A stretch of 64,000 nucleotides of DNA from an uncultured Bacilli bacterium (GCA_934086145.1 CAKOHV010000002.1:450-64449), one strand, 5' to 3'. Shown: positions 29,873 through 38,935, numbered from the stretch's first letter. The notes: generated by a model from the sequence alone, not told the origin. Program-made: numbers and translations.

Positions 29873-29949
29873 TGGTTGCGGGAGCTGGATTTGGACCAAC
29901 GACCTCCGGGTTATGAGCCCGGCGAGCTACCAGACTGCTCCATCCCGCG
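29873..29949 (-). tRNA. Initiator tRNA-fMet (anticodon CAU)
   Basis: CGCGGGATGGAGCAGTCTGGTAGCTCGCCGGG-CTCATAA-CCCGGAGG... It has the C1:A72 mismatch and three G-C pairs closing the anticodon stem, both initiator hallmarks. Confidence 0.9.
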
Positions 29950-29958
29950 ATAATTTAA

Positions 29959-30050
29959 TGGCGGAGGAAAAGGGATTCGAACCCCTGCGCCGCTCACACG
30001 ACCTTCCGGTTTTCAAGACCGGTCCCTTCAACCAACTTGGGTATTCCTCC
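29959..30050 (-). tRNA. tRNA-Ser (anticodon UGA), long variable arm
   Basis: GGAGGAATACCCAAGTTGGTTGAAGGGACCGGT-CTTGAAA-ACCGG + long variable arm + GGTTCGAATCCCTTTTCCTCCGCCA. Confidence 0.9.
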
Positions 30051-30078
30051 ATGCGCTTCTTTCATCAGCGACAAGTAG

Positions 30079-30108
30079 ATTATAGCACAATATATTTTTA
30101 TATGTCAA
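30079..30108 (-). promoter_or_regulatory. Strong promoter of the Ser-fMet-Asp-Phe tRNA unit
   Basis: On the minus strand: TTGACA (30108-30103), 18-nt spacer ending in TGc, TATAAT (30084-30079). This is an extended -10 about 28 nt upstream of tRNA-Ser. Confidence 0.75.
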
Positions 30109-30316
30109 CAAAAATTAGTAAATTATTTAAATTCCGTATATTTATTTGAAAATTTACTAGATGATCGAACAAAATAAAACTAATAAATCCCCTTTTTAGA
30201 ACAATATTTTTATCTTTTTCCATCCCTATAGTAATATAATATATACTAATAACAATAATTAAACACTCCTTAAAAATAGTACTATACAAAAAATCTTACT
30301 CATATATAACATACGT

Positions 30317-30372
30317 ATAATAAATACATAATATACACAATAAATACATAACATACATATAATAAATATATC
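30317..30372. repeat. Imperfect 20-22-nt tandem repeat (AATAAATACATAAYATACA-like, 3 copies)
   Basis: Read directly: aataaatacataatatacac / aataaatacataacatacatat / aataaatatatcatatt, in the divergent tRNA promoter spacer. Confidence 0.6.
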
Positions 30373-30536
30373 ATATTAGACACTATCTATAAAATTAATA
30401 TAATTTTTACCCACAAAAGATCATTTTAATTATTAATCTTTCTCCATAATAATTTGTATTTATTTATAATTGTAAGCAATTTTATCACTAAAAAATCGAA
30501 AAATCACATTATCTTTAAATTTTTTCACAAAAACTA

Positions 30537-30565
30537 TTGCAAAACCAAAAAAAATGCGCTATACT
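30537..30565 (+). promoter_or_regulatory. Promoter of tRNA-Leu
   Basis: TTGCAA (30537-30542), 17-nt spacer, TATACT (30560-30565), about 31 nt upstream of the tRNA. Confidence 0.7.
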
Positions 30566-30596
30566 CAAATAGTCTTATGAAAAGACGCAAGTGCTT

Positions 30597-30685
30597 GCCC
30601 AAGTGGCGGAATAGGTAGACGCACAGGACTTAAAATCCTGCGAGATTTAACCCTCGTGCCGGTTCAAGTCCGGCCTTGGGCACCA
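30597..30685 (+). tRNA. tRNA-Leu (anticodon UAA), long variable arm
   Basis: GCCCAAGTGGCGGAATAGGTAGACGCACAGGA-CTTAAAA-TCCTG + variable arm + CCGGTTCAAGTCCGGCCTTGGGCACCA. Confidence 0.9.
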
Positions 30686-30695
30686 TAATGAAATT

Positions 30696-30726
30696 AACCA
30701 ATAAGTTTTACTTATTGGTTTTTTTA
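30696..30726 (+). terminator. Rho-independent terminator after tRNA-Leu
   Basis: Stem aaccaataag/cttattggtt (10 bp) with loop tttta, then a T5 run. Confidence 0.8.
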
Positions 30727-30730
30727 TTTC

Positions 30731-30762
30731 TAAAAAAAAATACTAAGTTTATACCTAGTATT
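30731..30762 (-). terminator. Rho-independent terminator after the S1-domain gene
   Basis: On the minus strand: atacta-ggtataaact-tagtat followed by a T9 run. Confidence 0.55.
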
Positions 30763-31111
30763 ATTTATTAATCTTCTTTAAAGCTTCAGCAATCCATTCT
30801 GGCAATTTTCTATTTAAAATCTCAAAGCCATTTTCCAATGGTAATACACTACTACCATCCGTTTTATAGTTAATATTCTTAATCGACAATTTTAAATTTT
30901 TCTTTTCATCGTCAACTCCAATAATTCTAGCCACAATATTTTCCCCGATTTTCACATAATCATTAACATCTTTAACAAACTTTTCAGACATTTCTGAAAT
31001 ATGGACTAACCCAGAATATTTTTCATCAGTCACAACAAAAAAACCATATTTTTCAATTCCCGTTACACAACATTTTACTAAATCTCCAACTTTATAACTC
31101 GTCTCAGGCAT
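30761..31111 (-). CDS. S1 RNA-binding domain protein (YugI/general stress protein 13-like)
   Basis: S1 fold pattern VGDLVKCCVTGIEKYGFFV...YSGLVHISEMSEKFVKDVNDYVKIGENIVARIIGVD. ATG at 31111 after AGAGGTGG. Confidence 0.8.
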   Translation of the reverse strand: MPETSYKVGDLVKCCVTGIEKYGFFVVTDEKYSGLVHISEMSEKFVKDVNDYVKIGENIVARIIGVDDEKKNLKLSIKNINYKTDGSSVLPLENGFEILNRKLPEWIAEALKKINK

Positions 31112-31195
31112 AAAAACCACCTCTTTCAAATTATAACATATCCCATTATTTACACAAAGTGAAATATAGTTTATAATGAAAAAGGTGATTTTTTT

Positions 31196-31426
31196 ATGAA
31201 AACTGAAGAAAAAATTAAAGAAATGCTTGCTTCTATCCGACCTTATTTAAATATGGAAGGTGGCGACATCGAATTCGTTAAATACGAAGATAAAATCGTA
31301 TATGTAAAATTAACCGGTGCTTGCGCCGCCTGTATGTTCTCTGATGATACTATTCAATATAGTGTTCTTGAAACTTTAAAAAGTGAAATTCCTGAAGTAG
31401 AAAAAGTAATTAATGTCGAAATTTAA
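31196..31426 (+). CDS. NifU-like (Nfu/YutI-type) Fe-S cluster carrier protein
   Basis: 76 aa with IRPYLNMEGGDIEFV...VKLTGACAACMFS, the CxxC Nfu C-terminal domain. Confidence 0.85.
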   Translation: MKTEEKIKEMLASIRPYLNMEGGDIEFVKYEDKIVYVKLTGACAACMFSDDTIQYSVLETLKSEIPEVEKVINVEI

Positions 31427-32286
31427 TTACTTTTTTTTATCCATGAAAATAAAGAAAAACCAAACATTTCATCAATACATTTTATATATTCTTCATATTC
31501 AAGATATTTATTTATATAATTACTAAGTTCTTTTTCTTGTTGATTATCTAATAATATATCTTCTAAAATTTTAAAATAGTCACTTGGTAAAATTAATCTA
31601 GCATATAGATAATAATAAGCATAATCATGGGAAGCATTTTGCATAAATTGATATAAATAATCATAATCTTGATTATTCTTCACATATAAGCCTAAATCCC
31701 TTGTATAAATATCTATTATAATGTTTAAAGGATTATAAAAATCAATAACATTAAAAGATGATAAACTTCTATGCGCCAATGATAAATATTGCTTCATAGA
31801 AACATCACTAAAATTATTTAAATATTGTAAGACTTCCTCAGTAATTCCTAAATAAAAATCAAAAGAATTATTAATAATTAATCGATTAGATAATTCAGAA
31901 ACTTGATATTCTAAATAATCTAATTTTTTATACCATAACTCTATTAAAGAAACATATTGCTTATAAAATTCCTCATTGAAATTTCGGATTGCATAAAATC
32001 GTTGCATTTCTTTTTCCGTTATTTCATCCCCAAAAATGATTATTTTCATTAAACAATAACCATCTGCATTAACTCGTCCTAATTTATCTAAAATAAATTC
32101 ATGTAAATATACTTGCTTTGTTTTTAATTCTTGAATCATTTCAATTAAAATATTAAAAAATTCATCATCATAATTATGTTTAACAAAATAGTATCTAACT
32201 CCATCTAAAAAAAAGATAATGCCATCTTTATATTCATAGTAGTCATCTATTTCGATTTTATATTTTTCTTTTAATAATTCTTTCAT
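31423..32286 (-). CDS. CotS/YutH-like kinase-fold protein, probably catalytically dead
   Basis: 287 aa at the position of yutH in the Bacillus yut locus. SLAHRSLSSFNVID aligns in spacing with the APH/CotS catalytic HGDxxxxN, but with H-R-S in place of H-G-D. Weak, positional inference. Confidence 0.35.
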   Translation of the reverse strand: MKELLKEKYKIEIDDYYEYKDGIIFFLDGVRYYFVKHNYDDEFFNILIEMIQELKTKQVYLHEFILDKLGRVNADGYCLMKIIIFGDEITEKEMQRFYAIRNFNEEFYKQYVSLIELWYKKLDYLEYQVSELSNRLIINNSFDFYLGITEEVLQYLNNFSDVSMKQYLSLAHRSLSSFNVIDFYNPLNIIIDIYTRDLGLYVKNNQDYDYLYQFMQNASHDYAYYYLYARLILPSDYFKILEDILLDNQQEKELSNYINKYLEYEEYIKCIDEMFGFSLFSWIKKSN

Positions 32287-32328
32287 ACTAATATATATGA
32301 AAAAAAACTCAATGTATAACTGAGTTTT

Positions 32329-34374
32329 TTATTGATTATTATTCACATGCATAGCTGTTTGTTGCATTGGTTGTTGAACCTGTGGTGAGGCTTGTTGCAT
32401 CATTGGTTGTTGATACATTGGCTGTTGCATCGGTTGTTGCATTGGTTGCTGCATCATTGGTTGTTGGTACATAGCCTGTTGCATTGGTTGTTGAACCTGT
32501 GGTGAGGCTTGTTGCATCATTGGTTGTTGATACATTGGCTGTTGCATCATTGGTTGTCTAACCATAGCTTGATTGTAGCCAGTATTTAACATATTCATAG
32601 TTTGATCGTTAATAGCTTGTTCTCTTTGAGCTACAATAACTTCACGACGTTTTAAGTCTTCTTCTCTAGACTTTAAGTCACGATAAACTCTTTCAGTCAT
32701 TACCATTACAAGGTTTTTTACTCCTTCTTGGAATAACTCTTGAGCACCAGCAACTACTTCATCTAGGGTTGCTCTTGCACTCAAATCAGGTTGTGAATCA
32801 AAGTTAAGATTTATTCCTAATTTTTGTAAAGGGGTTTGTTCTGCCGGTTGTTGATTGACAACTGGATTTTGTGGCATAGCCATTGGTTGGGGATTATTAG
32901 CTACTGCAACATTCGCCCCTTGACCACCAGCCATCATATTTTCCATACCTGGAGCCATTGGCATCATATTTGGCATCATGCCTTCAGCTGGATTAACCAT
33001 CATTTCTGGATTTTGTTGTGGCATTTGATTCATCATATTTGGAACTTGCATTCCCATATTATTAACTGACATATTTGCTAATTGTTGCATTTCAGAAGGA
33101 ATTGCCGCAACATTAGGAACTGCCGTATTTAAAATTGGATTAACAACTGCCTCTCCCATAGGTCCCATATCTTGTGCCGGTACAGCCACTGGAGCCTGTG
33201 GAATTGCATTCGGATTTAAAGTATTAATTTCACCATCAGGATTTTCCACGATTGGTTGAACTTGTTCATATGAAACTTCTGGATTTTCGATTGTCGCCTC
33301 TTGAACTGGTTGTACTTCACTGTTTGGATCATAAACCGGTTGTTCAACATCAACCACATTAGCTTCAACTGGCGTTGGTCCATATTGTTCCATTTCTACA
33401 TTTTCTGTAGGATATTCTCCCACCACTTGTTGTTCTGGCGCATATTGTTCTAATTCTGGTTGTGAAACTTCAACTGGTTCATAAACTGGTTGTTCAGCAT
33501 CATCTTGATTAACTTCCATAGGTTCTTGAACATAATCAGAAGCTACTGGTTGTTGTTCATCGACATAATTTTCTGTTTCCTCAGGAACCGTAACTTCAAC
33601 AGGGGCTTCAGAAACAACTGGCGAAATTGTTGGTTCCTCATAATTAACTTCAGAAGGTTCATTTTCTATAACCGGTACTTCAACTGGAGCCTGTTCGACA
33701 ATCTCTTCAGCTACCGGTTCCGTAATAACTTGTTGAATCTCCTCTTCTGGTTGAACCTCCTCTTCTGGTTGAGCAACTACTTCAGGTTCGACAGCTTGAG
33801 CAGCTTCTGGTTGAATAATTGGTTGAATCGCTGGTGAAGCGTTTTCATCAACAGAAGCTGGTGTTGCTTCAATTGTTACTGGTGCCTCTTCAACAGCTAT
33901 CCCGGGTACCACCTCATCTTCATTTTGCATAACCGGTGCCGTTGGGAAAATTGAATCAACACTTGGTTCTAAAGTAGGTTCTGGTACAACAGCATCAGGA
34001 TCGAACTTCTCCCCAGTTGCATAGCTTTCAATCATTGTTTTTGAAGCTGGTTCACTTACTGATATATCACGGGAATACTGACCACTGGCACTTGCTTGAT
34101 TAAAACTTGGAAGATATTGATAAGATCCAACACTACTTGAAATAATAGCCCTCATAACTGTTTTAATTAAAGACCATTCTTCATCTGTTGCTATCTTAAC
34201 AAGGTTGTTTCCTTGAATCTCACTTACATGCAAAACCGTTAGACCATGAGGATCCACTGCGTTTTCAGTAGTAATTATATATCTTTTTCCAGACTCTGGA
34301 ATCATAAAAATCGATACAATATTCGAATTTATAGATTCTCCGCCATCTTTTAAAATTGTGATCTTTTCTGGCAT
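32329..34374 (-). CDS. DUF1292-like N-terminal domain fused to a long acidic P/E/V/Q-rich region, a short coiled coil and a Q/P/M-rich repeat tail
   Basis: The N-terminus (KITILKDGGESI...YIITTE...KIATDEEWSLIKTVMRAI) fits the DUF1292 pattern. About 400 aa of low complexity follow, then VYRDLKSREEDLKRREVIVAQREQAIND, then QQPMYQQPMMQQ repeats. Confidence 0.6.
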   Translation of the reverse strand: MPEKITILKDGGESINSNIVSIFMIPESGKRYIITTENAVDPHGLTVLHVSEIQGNNLVKIATDEEWSLIKTVMRAIISSSVGSYQYLPSFNQASASGQYSRDISVSEPASKTMIESYATGEKFDPDAVVPEPTLEPSVDSIFPTAPVMQNEDEVVPGIAVEEAPVTIEATPASVDENASPAIQPIIQPEAAQAVEPEVVAQPEEEVQPEEEIQQVITEPVAEEIVEQAPVEVPVIENEPSEVNYEEPTISPVVSEAPVEVTVPEETENYVDEQQPVASDYVQEPMEVNQDDAEQPVYEPVEVSQPELEQYAPEQQVVGEYPTENVEMEQYGPTPVEANVVDVEQPVYDPNSEVQPVQEATIENPEVSYEQVQPIVENPDGEINTLNPNAIPQAPVAVPAQDMGPMGEAVVNPILNTAVPNVAAIPSEMQQLANMSVNNMGMQVPNMMNQMPQQNPEMMVNPAEGMMPNMMPMAPGMENMMAGGQGANVAVANNPQPMAMPQNPVVNQQPAEQTPLQKLGINLNFDSQPDLSARATLDEVVAGAQELFQEGVKNLVMVMTERVYRDLKSREEDLKRREVIVAQREQAINDQTMNMLNTGYNQAMVRQPMMQQPMYQQPMMQQASPQVQQPMQQAMYQQPMMQQPMQQPMQQPMYQQPMMQQASPQVQQPMQQTAMHVNNNQ
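32361..32548. repeat. 117-bp (39-codon) in-frame duplication containing a 71-bp perfect direct repeat
   Basis: gttgcattggttgttgaacctgtggtgaggcttgttgcatcattggttgttgatacattggctgttgcatc occurs at 32361-32431 and again at 32478-32548. Confidence 0.85.
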
Positions 34375-34425
34375 TGCAATCCCTCTCTATTCTACTTTTT
34401 ATTATAGCAAATTAAAAATAGGTTT

Positions 34426-34707
34426 TCAATTGCTTTTTTTCTTTAACGCAAACCAACGACAATCATAGGCACAACGATTTGTAATATAATCGTCAAGTCC
34501 CGTGATGTCGTTATATTTTTTGCAATTTTTATTAGTTGGTTCACAGAATCCTTTTAGACGTAGTTTTCCATAAGCCCAATCCCCTACTATGTAATCATAT
34601 TCATCAAAGTAATCTGTAATTTTTTCTTCTAATATTTCTTCATCTAAACCATTTCTTACATTATTAATGACTTCGTATTTAACGTCATTAATAGTTATTA
34701 TTTTCAT
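34426..34707 (-). CDS. YutD-like protein (DUF1027)
   Basis: 93 aa. EEKITDYFDEYDYIVGDWAYGKLRLKGF matches my recollection of the YutD family core (YDYIVGDWGY.QLRLKGF). Confidence 0.6.
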   Translation of the reverse strand: MKIITINDVKYEVINNVRNGLDEEILEEKITDYFDEYDYIVGDWAYGKLRLKGFCEPTNKNCKKYNDITGLDDYITNRCAYDCRWFALKKKSN

Positions 34708-34716
34708 AAAACCACC

Positions 34717-35478
34717 CTATCTAACTCTTATTGCTGGTCGTTTCTTCGCTGTCGTTATTGCTTCGATTAATTTACGCTCTCTTTCCGGATCACTCATATC
34801 AACATTAAAATAAGCAAATATTTGTTTATTAACGCGATCGATTTGATATTGACTTACGCTATTTAAATCTTCCATTTTTACGTCAAGTAAATCATAAATA
34901 TCTTTAGACATAATTCTTTTTCTAATTGGTTCAAAACTTAATTTGTTTGTCATCAAATACATATTTTTTTTGAAGTAACGATCTACTTCATGTGGATTTT
35001 TAGCCATTAAGTAAGCATATGTCTTACGATAAAAATTATTACTACTAGATGTAAATAGTAAGTTATAAAAATTTTGCGCTTGTTTTCCATCAAGGGGCAC
35101 TTTTTTATTTTTGGCAAACATCATATCAATTAAATTCTTTTGGACACGATTAAAATATGGATTTTTTCTTTTAATATGTAGTTTACTTTGATTCATATCA
35201 AATTCATAATACTTTTCAAAATTAATTTTAAATTTTTCTAATTCACTTTGTGGATAGCCATACTTTGTCATATTAGTATCAAAACCACCCATACCTTTTT
35301 CATTTTTAGTATGATAACAGTTAGTTATGTCTAATTCTCCATATAAAAGGACAATCATTCTCATAACAGTAACTAAAAACGTATTAAATTCAATTGAATT
35401 TGGATTAGCTTTTGATTGATAATATTTAATAATTGAATCATTTATTGCATTATTAACAAAAATATATCCTTGTGCCAT
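34717..35478 (-). CDS. Hypothetical protein (253 aa)
   Basis: ATG at 35478 after AGGTGATAGG. No motif recognised. Confidence 0.5.
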   Translation of the reverse strand: MAQGYIFVNNAINDSIIKYYQSKANPNSIEFNTFLVTVMRMIVLLYGELDITNCYHTKNEKGMGGFDTNMTKYGYPQSELEKFKINFEKYYEFDMNQSKLHIKRKNPYFNRVQKNLIDMMFAKNKKVPLDGKQAQNFYNLLFTSSSNNFYRKTYAYLMAKNPHEVDRYFKKNMYLMTNKLSFEPIRKRIMSKDIYDLLDVKMEDLNSVSQYQIDRVNKQIFAYFNVDMSDPERERKLIEAITTAKKRPAIRVR

Positions 35479-35527
35479 ACCTATCACCTATTATAAATAT
35501 TATCATATTTTTCTTAAATAAACTAGT

Positions 35528-36205
35528 CTAACTATTAAGAAGTGGACTAACACTTTCCAGTACTCCATTATAATAACTGGGAACCGTTCCAGGTATAATA
35601 CGCGATGCAATTAATATTGAAAAATCATCTTTGATTTCTTCCTTAGAAACTGGTGTTAATAAACTACTATTAATGGTTATATCTAAATATAATTCTAATA
35701 AGACATTATTAATTCCATAATTCTTTACCTGCGTCTTATATCCCATAGCACTATCCGTTAAAACCTCAATTTTTACCGGTATTTTCGGTCCAAAATTACT
35801 AATTAAAATATTTTTATTCCCAATTCCTATTGGAACCCATAAGACATCTTTATTACTTCCTTTATAATTAACACTAAAATCTATTTGGGCCAAATTATTA
35901 TATAAACTTTCCAGAGATTCTCCAAGCATTACATAAACTTCATTCATCTTATAATCAACAGATATCACTTCTCCATTTTTATTTAAATTAAGACTTATTA
36001 AATCATCAACGCGAAACTTAGCTGCAACTTCTTTCGAAAAAGAATAAAATAAGCAATGATTTACCTCTTTTTTTATGTTTTGCTTGATATAAAAAATAAA
36101 ATTATCATTAATCATTCGCCCTAACAAACTAATCCATTCTAAGGCTAAGATAAATATAATAATTAGTATTATAAATTTATGATTTGTTTTTTTTCTAAAT
36201 TTCAT
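35528..36205 (-). CDS. Sporulation protein YunB-like
   Basis: N-terminal TM, then VPIGIGNKNILISNFGPKIPVKIEVL...GINNVLLELYLDITIN...GTVPSYY. This resembles the YunB family (LGPKIPVK...GEVPQFY). Confidence 0.55.
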   Translation of the reverse strand: MKFRKKTNHKFIILIIIFILALEWISLLGRMINDNFIFYIKQNIKKEVNHCLFYSFSKEVAAKFRVDDLISLNLNKNGEVISVDYKMNEVYVMLGESLESLYNNLAQIDFSVNYKGSNKDVLWVPIGIGNKNILISNFGPKIPVKIEVLTDSAMGYKTQVKNYGINNVLLELYLDITINSSLLTPVSKEEIKDDFSILIASRIIPGTVPSYYNGVLESVSPLLNS

Positions 36206-36251
36206 ACTTAATAATATGTTTAATTTACCTTTTTACAACTAAAAAGAACTA

Positions 36252-37262
36252 TTAAAATAGTCCTAATCCTAATAATTTATTAGCTAATATTAAACATCCC
36301 ACTAAGAAGACAATAATTATTAATATAATTAATATTCTAATAACAATCTTTGTAAAATGCATATCTTCCTTTAAATCATTGAAATCATCAAAATCACTTT
36401 GGGTAAAGTTGAGATTTTGAGATTTCGTTAAGTCACTAGTTGAATCTTTTTCAGGTATTTTAACATCTCTTGTAAAATCCATATCAACATTTATTGGTTT
36501 AATTTCAAGTGGTTTTTCTTCATCTTCTTCTTTGACTTGAGGAATCTCTATTTCTTTTGTAGTATCTTTAGTACCTTTTATTGTCTCTTCATCAATTAGT
36601 AGTTCATCGCTTAAAGCTCCTAATACTTTAGTATTTTCATCAGTTCCTCTTAAGTCACTTAATAAATCAAGGGGATCTAGTTCATCTAAATCTTCTTCCT
36701 TAATTAGTTCTTTAGCTGTTATGGTATTAATTAAATCTTGTAATTTTTTTTCTTCTTTTTCTTTATTAACAGGTACTGGCTTAACTTCTTCGATTTCTTC
36801 TTCATCAAGTTCTTCATCATCTTTTTTTAGAATATCTAAGTCTTTTAAAATATCATACTGTGTATTACGTAGTTTTTTTAAACGATCTTCTTCATAATTT
36901 ATTTCTTTTTCTTTATGAGCTTGCTCTAAAATAGAATTTAAATCATATTCTCGTGTTTCATCAAGGTTTATTTTTCCAATTTCAGGTTCTGTTTTATTAA
37001 GTGGCTTATTCTTAGGAAGTTCTCGATATTTACGGTCTAACATTTCTCTTATTTTATCGATATCAACGTTATTACCCTCGCCAATAACTGAAACGTTACT
37101 ATTTAAATCGAAATCTTCTAATTCTTTACTACTTACTTCTTTATATAAAACTTGATTCTTATCTATTCTTTTTAATGTAGTCGTTTGTTCTAATTCATCC
37201 AAATGCTCTTTATTATTTCCTTCATCAATTTGTTTCGCATAATATTTGTCCATCCTCGACTG
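36252..37262 (-). CDS. Acidic, tail-anchored membrane protein (hypothetical)
   Basis: E/D/K-rich sequence of about 300 aa, followed by a single C-terminal TM (IVIRILIILIIIVFLVGCLILA). Confidence 0.5.
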   Translation of the reverse strand, partial: QSRMDKYYAKQIDEGNNKEHLDELEQTTTLKRIDKNQVLYKEVSSKELEDFDLNSNVSVIGEGNNVDIDKIREMLDRKYRELPKNKPLNKTEPEIGKINLDETREYDLNSILEQAHKEKEINYEEDRLKKLRNTQYDILKDLDILKKDDEELDEEEIEEVKPVPVNKEKEEKKLQDLINTITAKELIKEEDLDELDPLDLLSDLRGTDENTKVLGALSDELLIDEETIKGTKDTTKEIEIPQVKEEDEEKPLEIKPINVDMDFTRDVKIPEKDSTSDLTKSQNLNFTQSDFDDFNDLKEDMHFTKIVIRILIILIIIVFLVGCLILANKLLGLGLF

Positions 37263-37390
37263 CATAAAAAACACTTCCTATCTTCATGTAACTATCATAA
37301 CATAATTCTAAATTATTTAAAATATCTAAAAAATAATTTAGTTGCTTTTACTATTTCAAGTATTATATAATACCTAAAGGAGGAAAGAGT

Positions 37391-37633
37391 ATGAAAAAGT
37401 TAAATGTTGATCATGATAAATGTATTGGTTGTGGTCTTTGTGTATCAAGTTACGAAGAAAATTTTGCTTTTGATAACGAATCAGGTTTATCAACAGTTAT
37501 TTCTCAAGATAATATAACTGATGATATGAAAGATTTATGTCCTGTTGGGGCTATCGAAATTATCGAAGAGGAATGTGAAAATTGTAGCTGTGGTAATAAT
37601 TGTCAATGTGCTAATAAAGCCACTGAAGAGTAA
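37391..37633 (+). CDS. Small 4Fe-4S ferredoxin with Cys-rich C-terminal tail
   Basis: CIGCGLC...CPVGAI cluster ligands, plus the tail CENCSCGNNCQC. GGAGG RBS. Confidence 0.75.
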   Translation: MKKLNVDHDKCIGCGLCVSSYEENFAFDNESGLSTVISQDNITDDMKDLCPVGAIEIIEEECENCSCGNNCQCANKATEE

Positions 37634-37644
37634 AAAATCTTCCA

Positions 37645-38367
37645 TTAATGGGAAGATTTTTTTAAACTATATAATTTTTTAACTTCCTTAGTATCTAGCA
37701 TTCTATACTCACCAGTTTGTAAGCCTTTAACATCTAAGAAAGCATATTTTTCTCTTTTTAATTTCATTACATCATAGCCAAGTTCTTTAAATAGTTTTTT
37801 TACAATATGATTACGTCCTTCAACAATACTAATTTCTACTATTTCATTACCTTTTTCCACGTTTTTCTTCTTGACTTTAACTCGTTTAGGAATACACTTA
37901 ACACCATCTATAACAAGACCATTTTTTAATTTTATTATATCTTCGGTCGTCATAATTCCTTCAATTTTAGCAATATAAACTTTTTCTACATCATTAGATG
38001 GATGCATTAAAATATTAGCTAGTTCTCCATCATTAGTTAAGATTATCAATCCCGTTGTATCATAGTCTAAACGGCCAACAGAATAAATACGTTCATCACT
38101 GGCAATTAATTCATTAACTGTTTTACGCCCTAATTCATCATTAGTACTACAAATATAACCACGTGGTTTATTCAAAAGATAATAAACTTTTTTTATATCT
38201 TTATCTAAAGTTACTCCTTCTACAACAATCTCATCATTATAATTAACTTTAGTTCCTAATTCTTTAACAACTTCCCCATTTACATAAACTTTGCCTTTTT
38301 TTATCAATTCTTCGGCTTTACGACGTGACGTATAACCACTACTAGCAATAACTTTTTGTAATCGTTC
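37645..38367 (-). CDS. rluB: Pseudouridine synthase, RsuA/RluB family
   Basis: N-terminal S4 domain (RLQKVIASSGYTSRRKAEELI..GKVYVNG) and the catalytic motif GRLDYDTTGL. Confidence 0.85.
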   Translation of the reverse strand, partial: ERLQKVIASSGYTSRRKAEELIKKGKVYVNGEVVKELGTKVNYNDEIVVEGVTLDKDIKKVYYLLNKPRGYICSTNDELGRKTVNELIASDERIYSVGRLDYDTTGLIILTNDGELANILMHPSNDVEKVYIAKIEGIMTTEDIIKLKNGLVIDGVKCIPKRVKVKKKNVEKGNEIVEISIVEGRNHIVKKLFKELGYDVMKLKREKYAFLDVKGLQTGEYRMLDTKEVKKLYSLKKSSH

Positions 38368-38417
38368 CATAAAATACACCTCTTTTCAAATATTCATATA
38401 ATACCACATATTCTTCA

Positions 38418-38906
38418 TCAATGAAAATATTTTACATATATAAAAATAACAATTCCTAAAATTATAAAGCAAAACAAAATTAGAAAGAAACGACTAATAA
38501 TTTTTAATTTTTGAATATTACTATTAGTAATTGAATGTTCAGCATCCTTAGGCACAATTTCGTTTTTCTTTCCAAAGATAAAACTATTTATAACAACAAA
38601 AAGAATTATCAAAATCGATAATATTTGTAGTGTCAAATGAATTAAAGTATTCGCTTTATTCTTATCAATTAGTAAATATCCCAATAGTAAAGCCATCAAA
38701 AGAACTGACAAGCTTAAACTAATAATTGTTCTTTTTAAACTATTACCAGCAAATTTATAACCACACTTTTGACATTTAGTAGCTTCAAAGTCATTTTTAG
38801 TAGCACATTTAGGACAACTTTTATAACTATTTTTTAAAATAGTCCCACACTTACCGCACTTACAAACGCCTTTTAAATTATCATAACCACATTTTTGACA
38901 CTTCAT
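38418..38906 (-). CDS. Double zinc-ribbon membrane protein
   Basis: CQKCGY...CGKCG and CPKC...CQKCGY ribbons, followed by 3 TM helices. Confidence 0.6.
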   Translation of the reverse strand: MKCQKCGYDNLKGVCKCGKCGTILKNSYKSCPKCATKNDFEATKCQKCGYKFAGNSLKRTIISLSLSVLLMALLLGYLLIDKNKANTLIHLTLQILSILIILFVVINSFIFGKKNEIVPKDAEHSITNSNIQKLKIISRFFLILFCFIILGIVIFIYVKYFH

Positions 38907-38935
38907 TTGAATCACTTACCTTGACCATAAGTATA

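Noticed and set aside
30098-30289. 63-aa ORF in the spacer between the tRNA-Ser and tRNA-Leu units
   Set aside because: It overlaps the strong tRNA-Ser promoter, has no RBS, and its composition is that of translated AT-rich spacer.
32836-33837. Antisense ORFs 32836-33069 and 33490-33837 with striking W/H/N/F/R-rich repeats
   Set aside because: They are the reverse-strand reading of the repetitive P/E/Q/M-rich 681-aa gene. Their periodicity only mirrors the sense-strand repeats.
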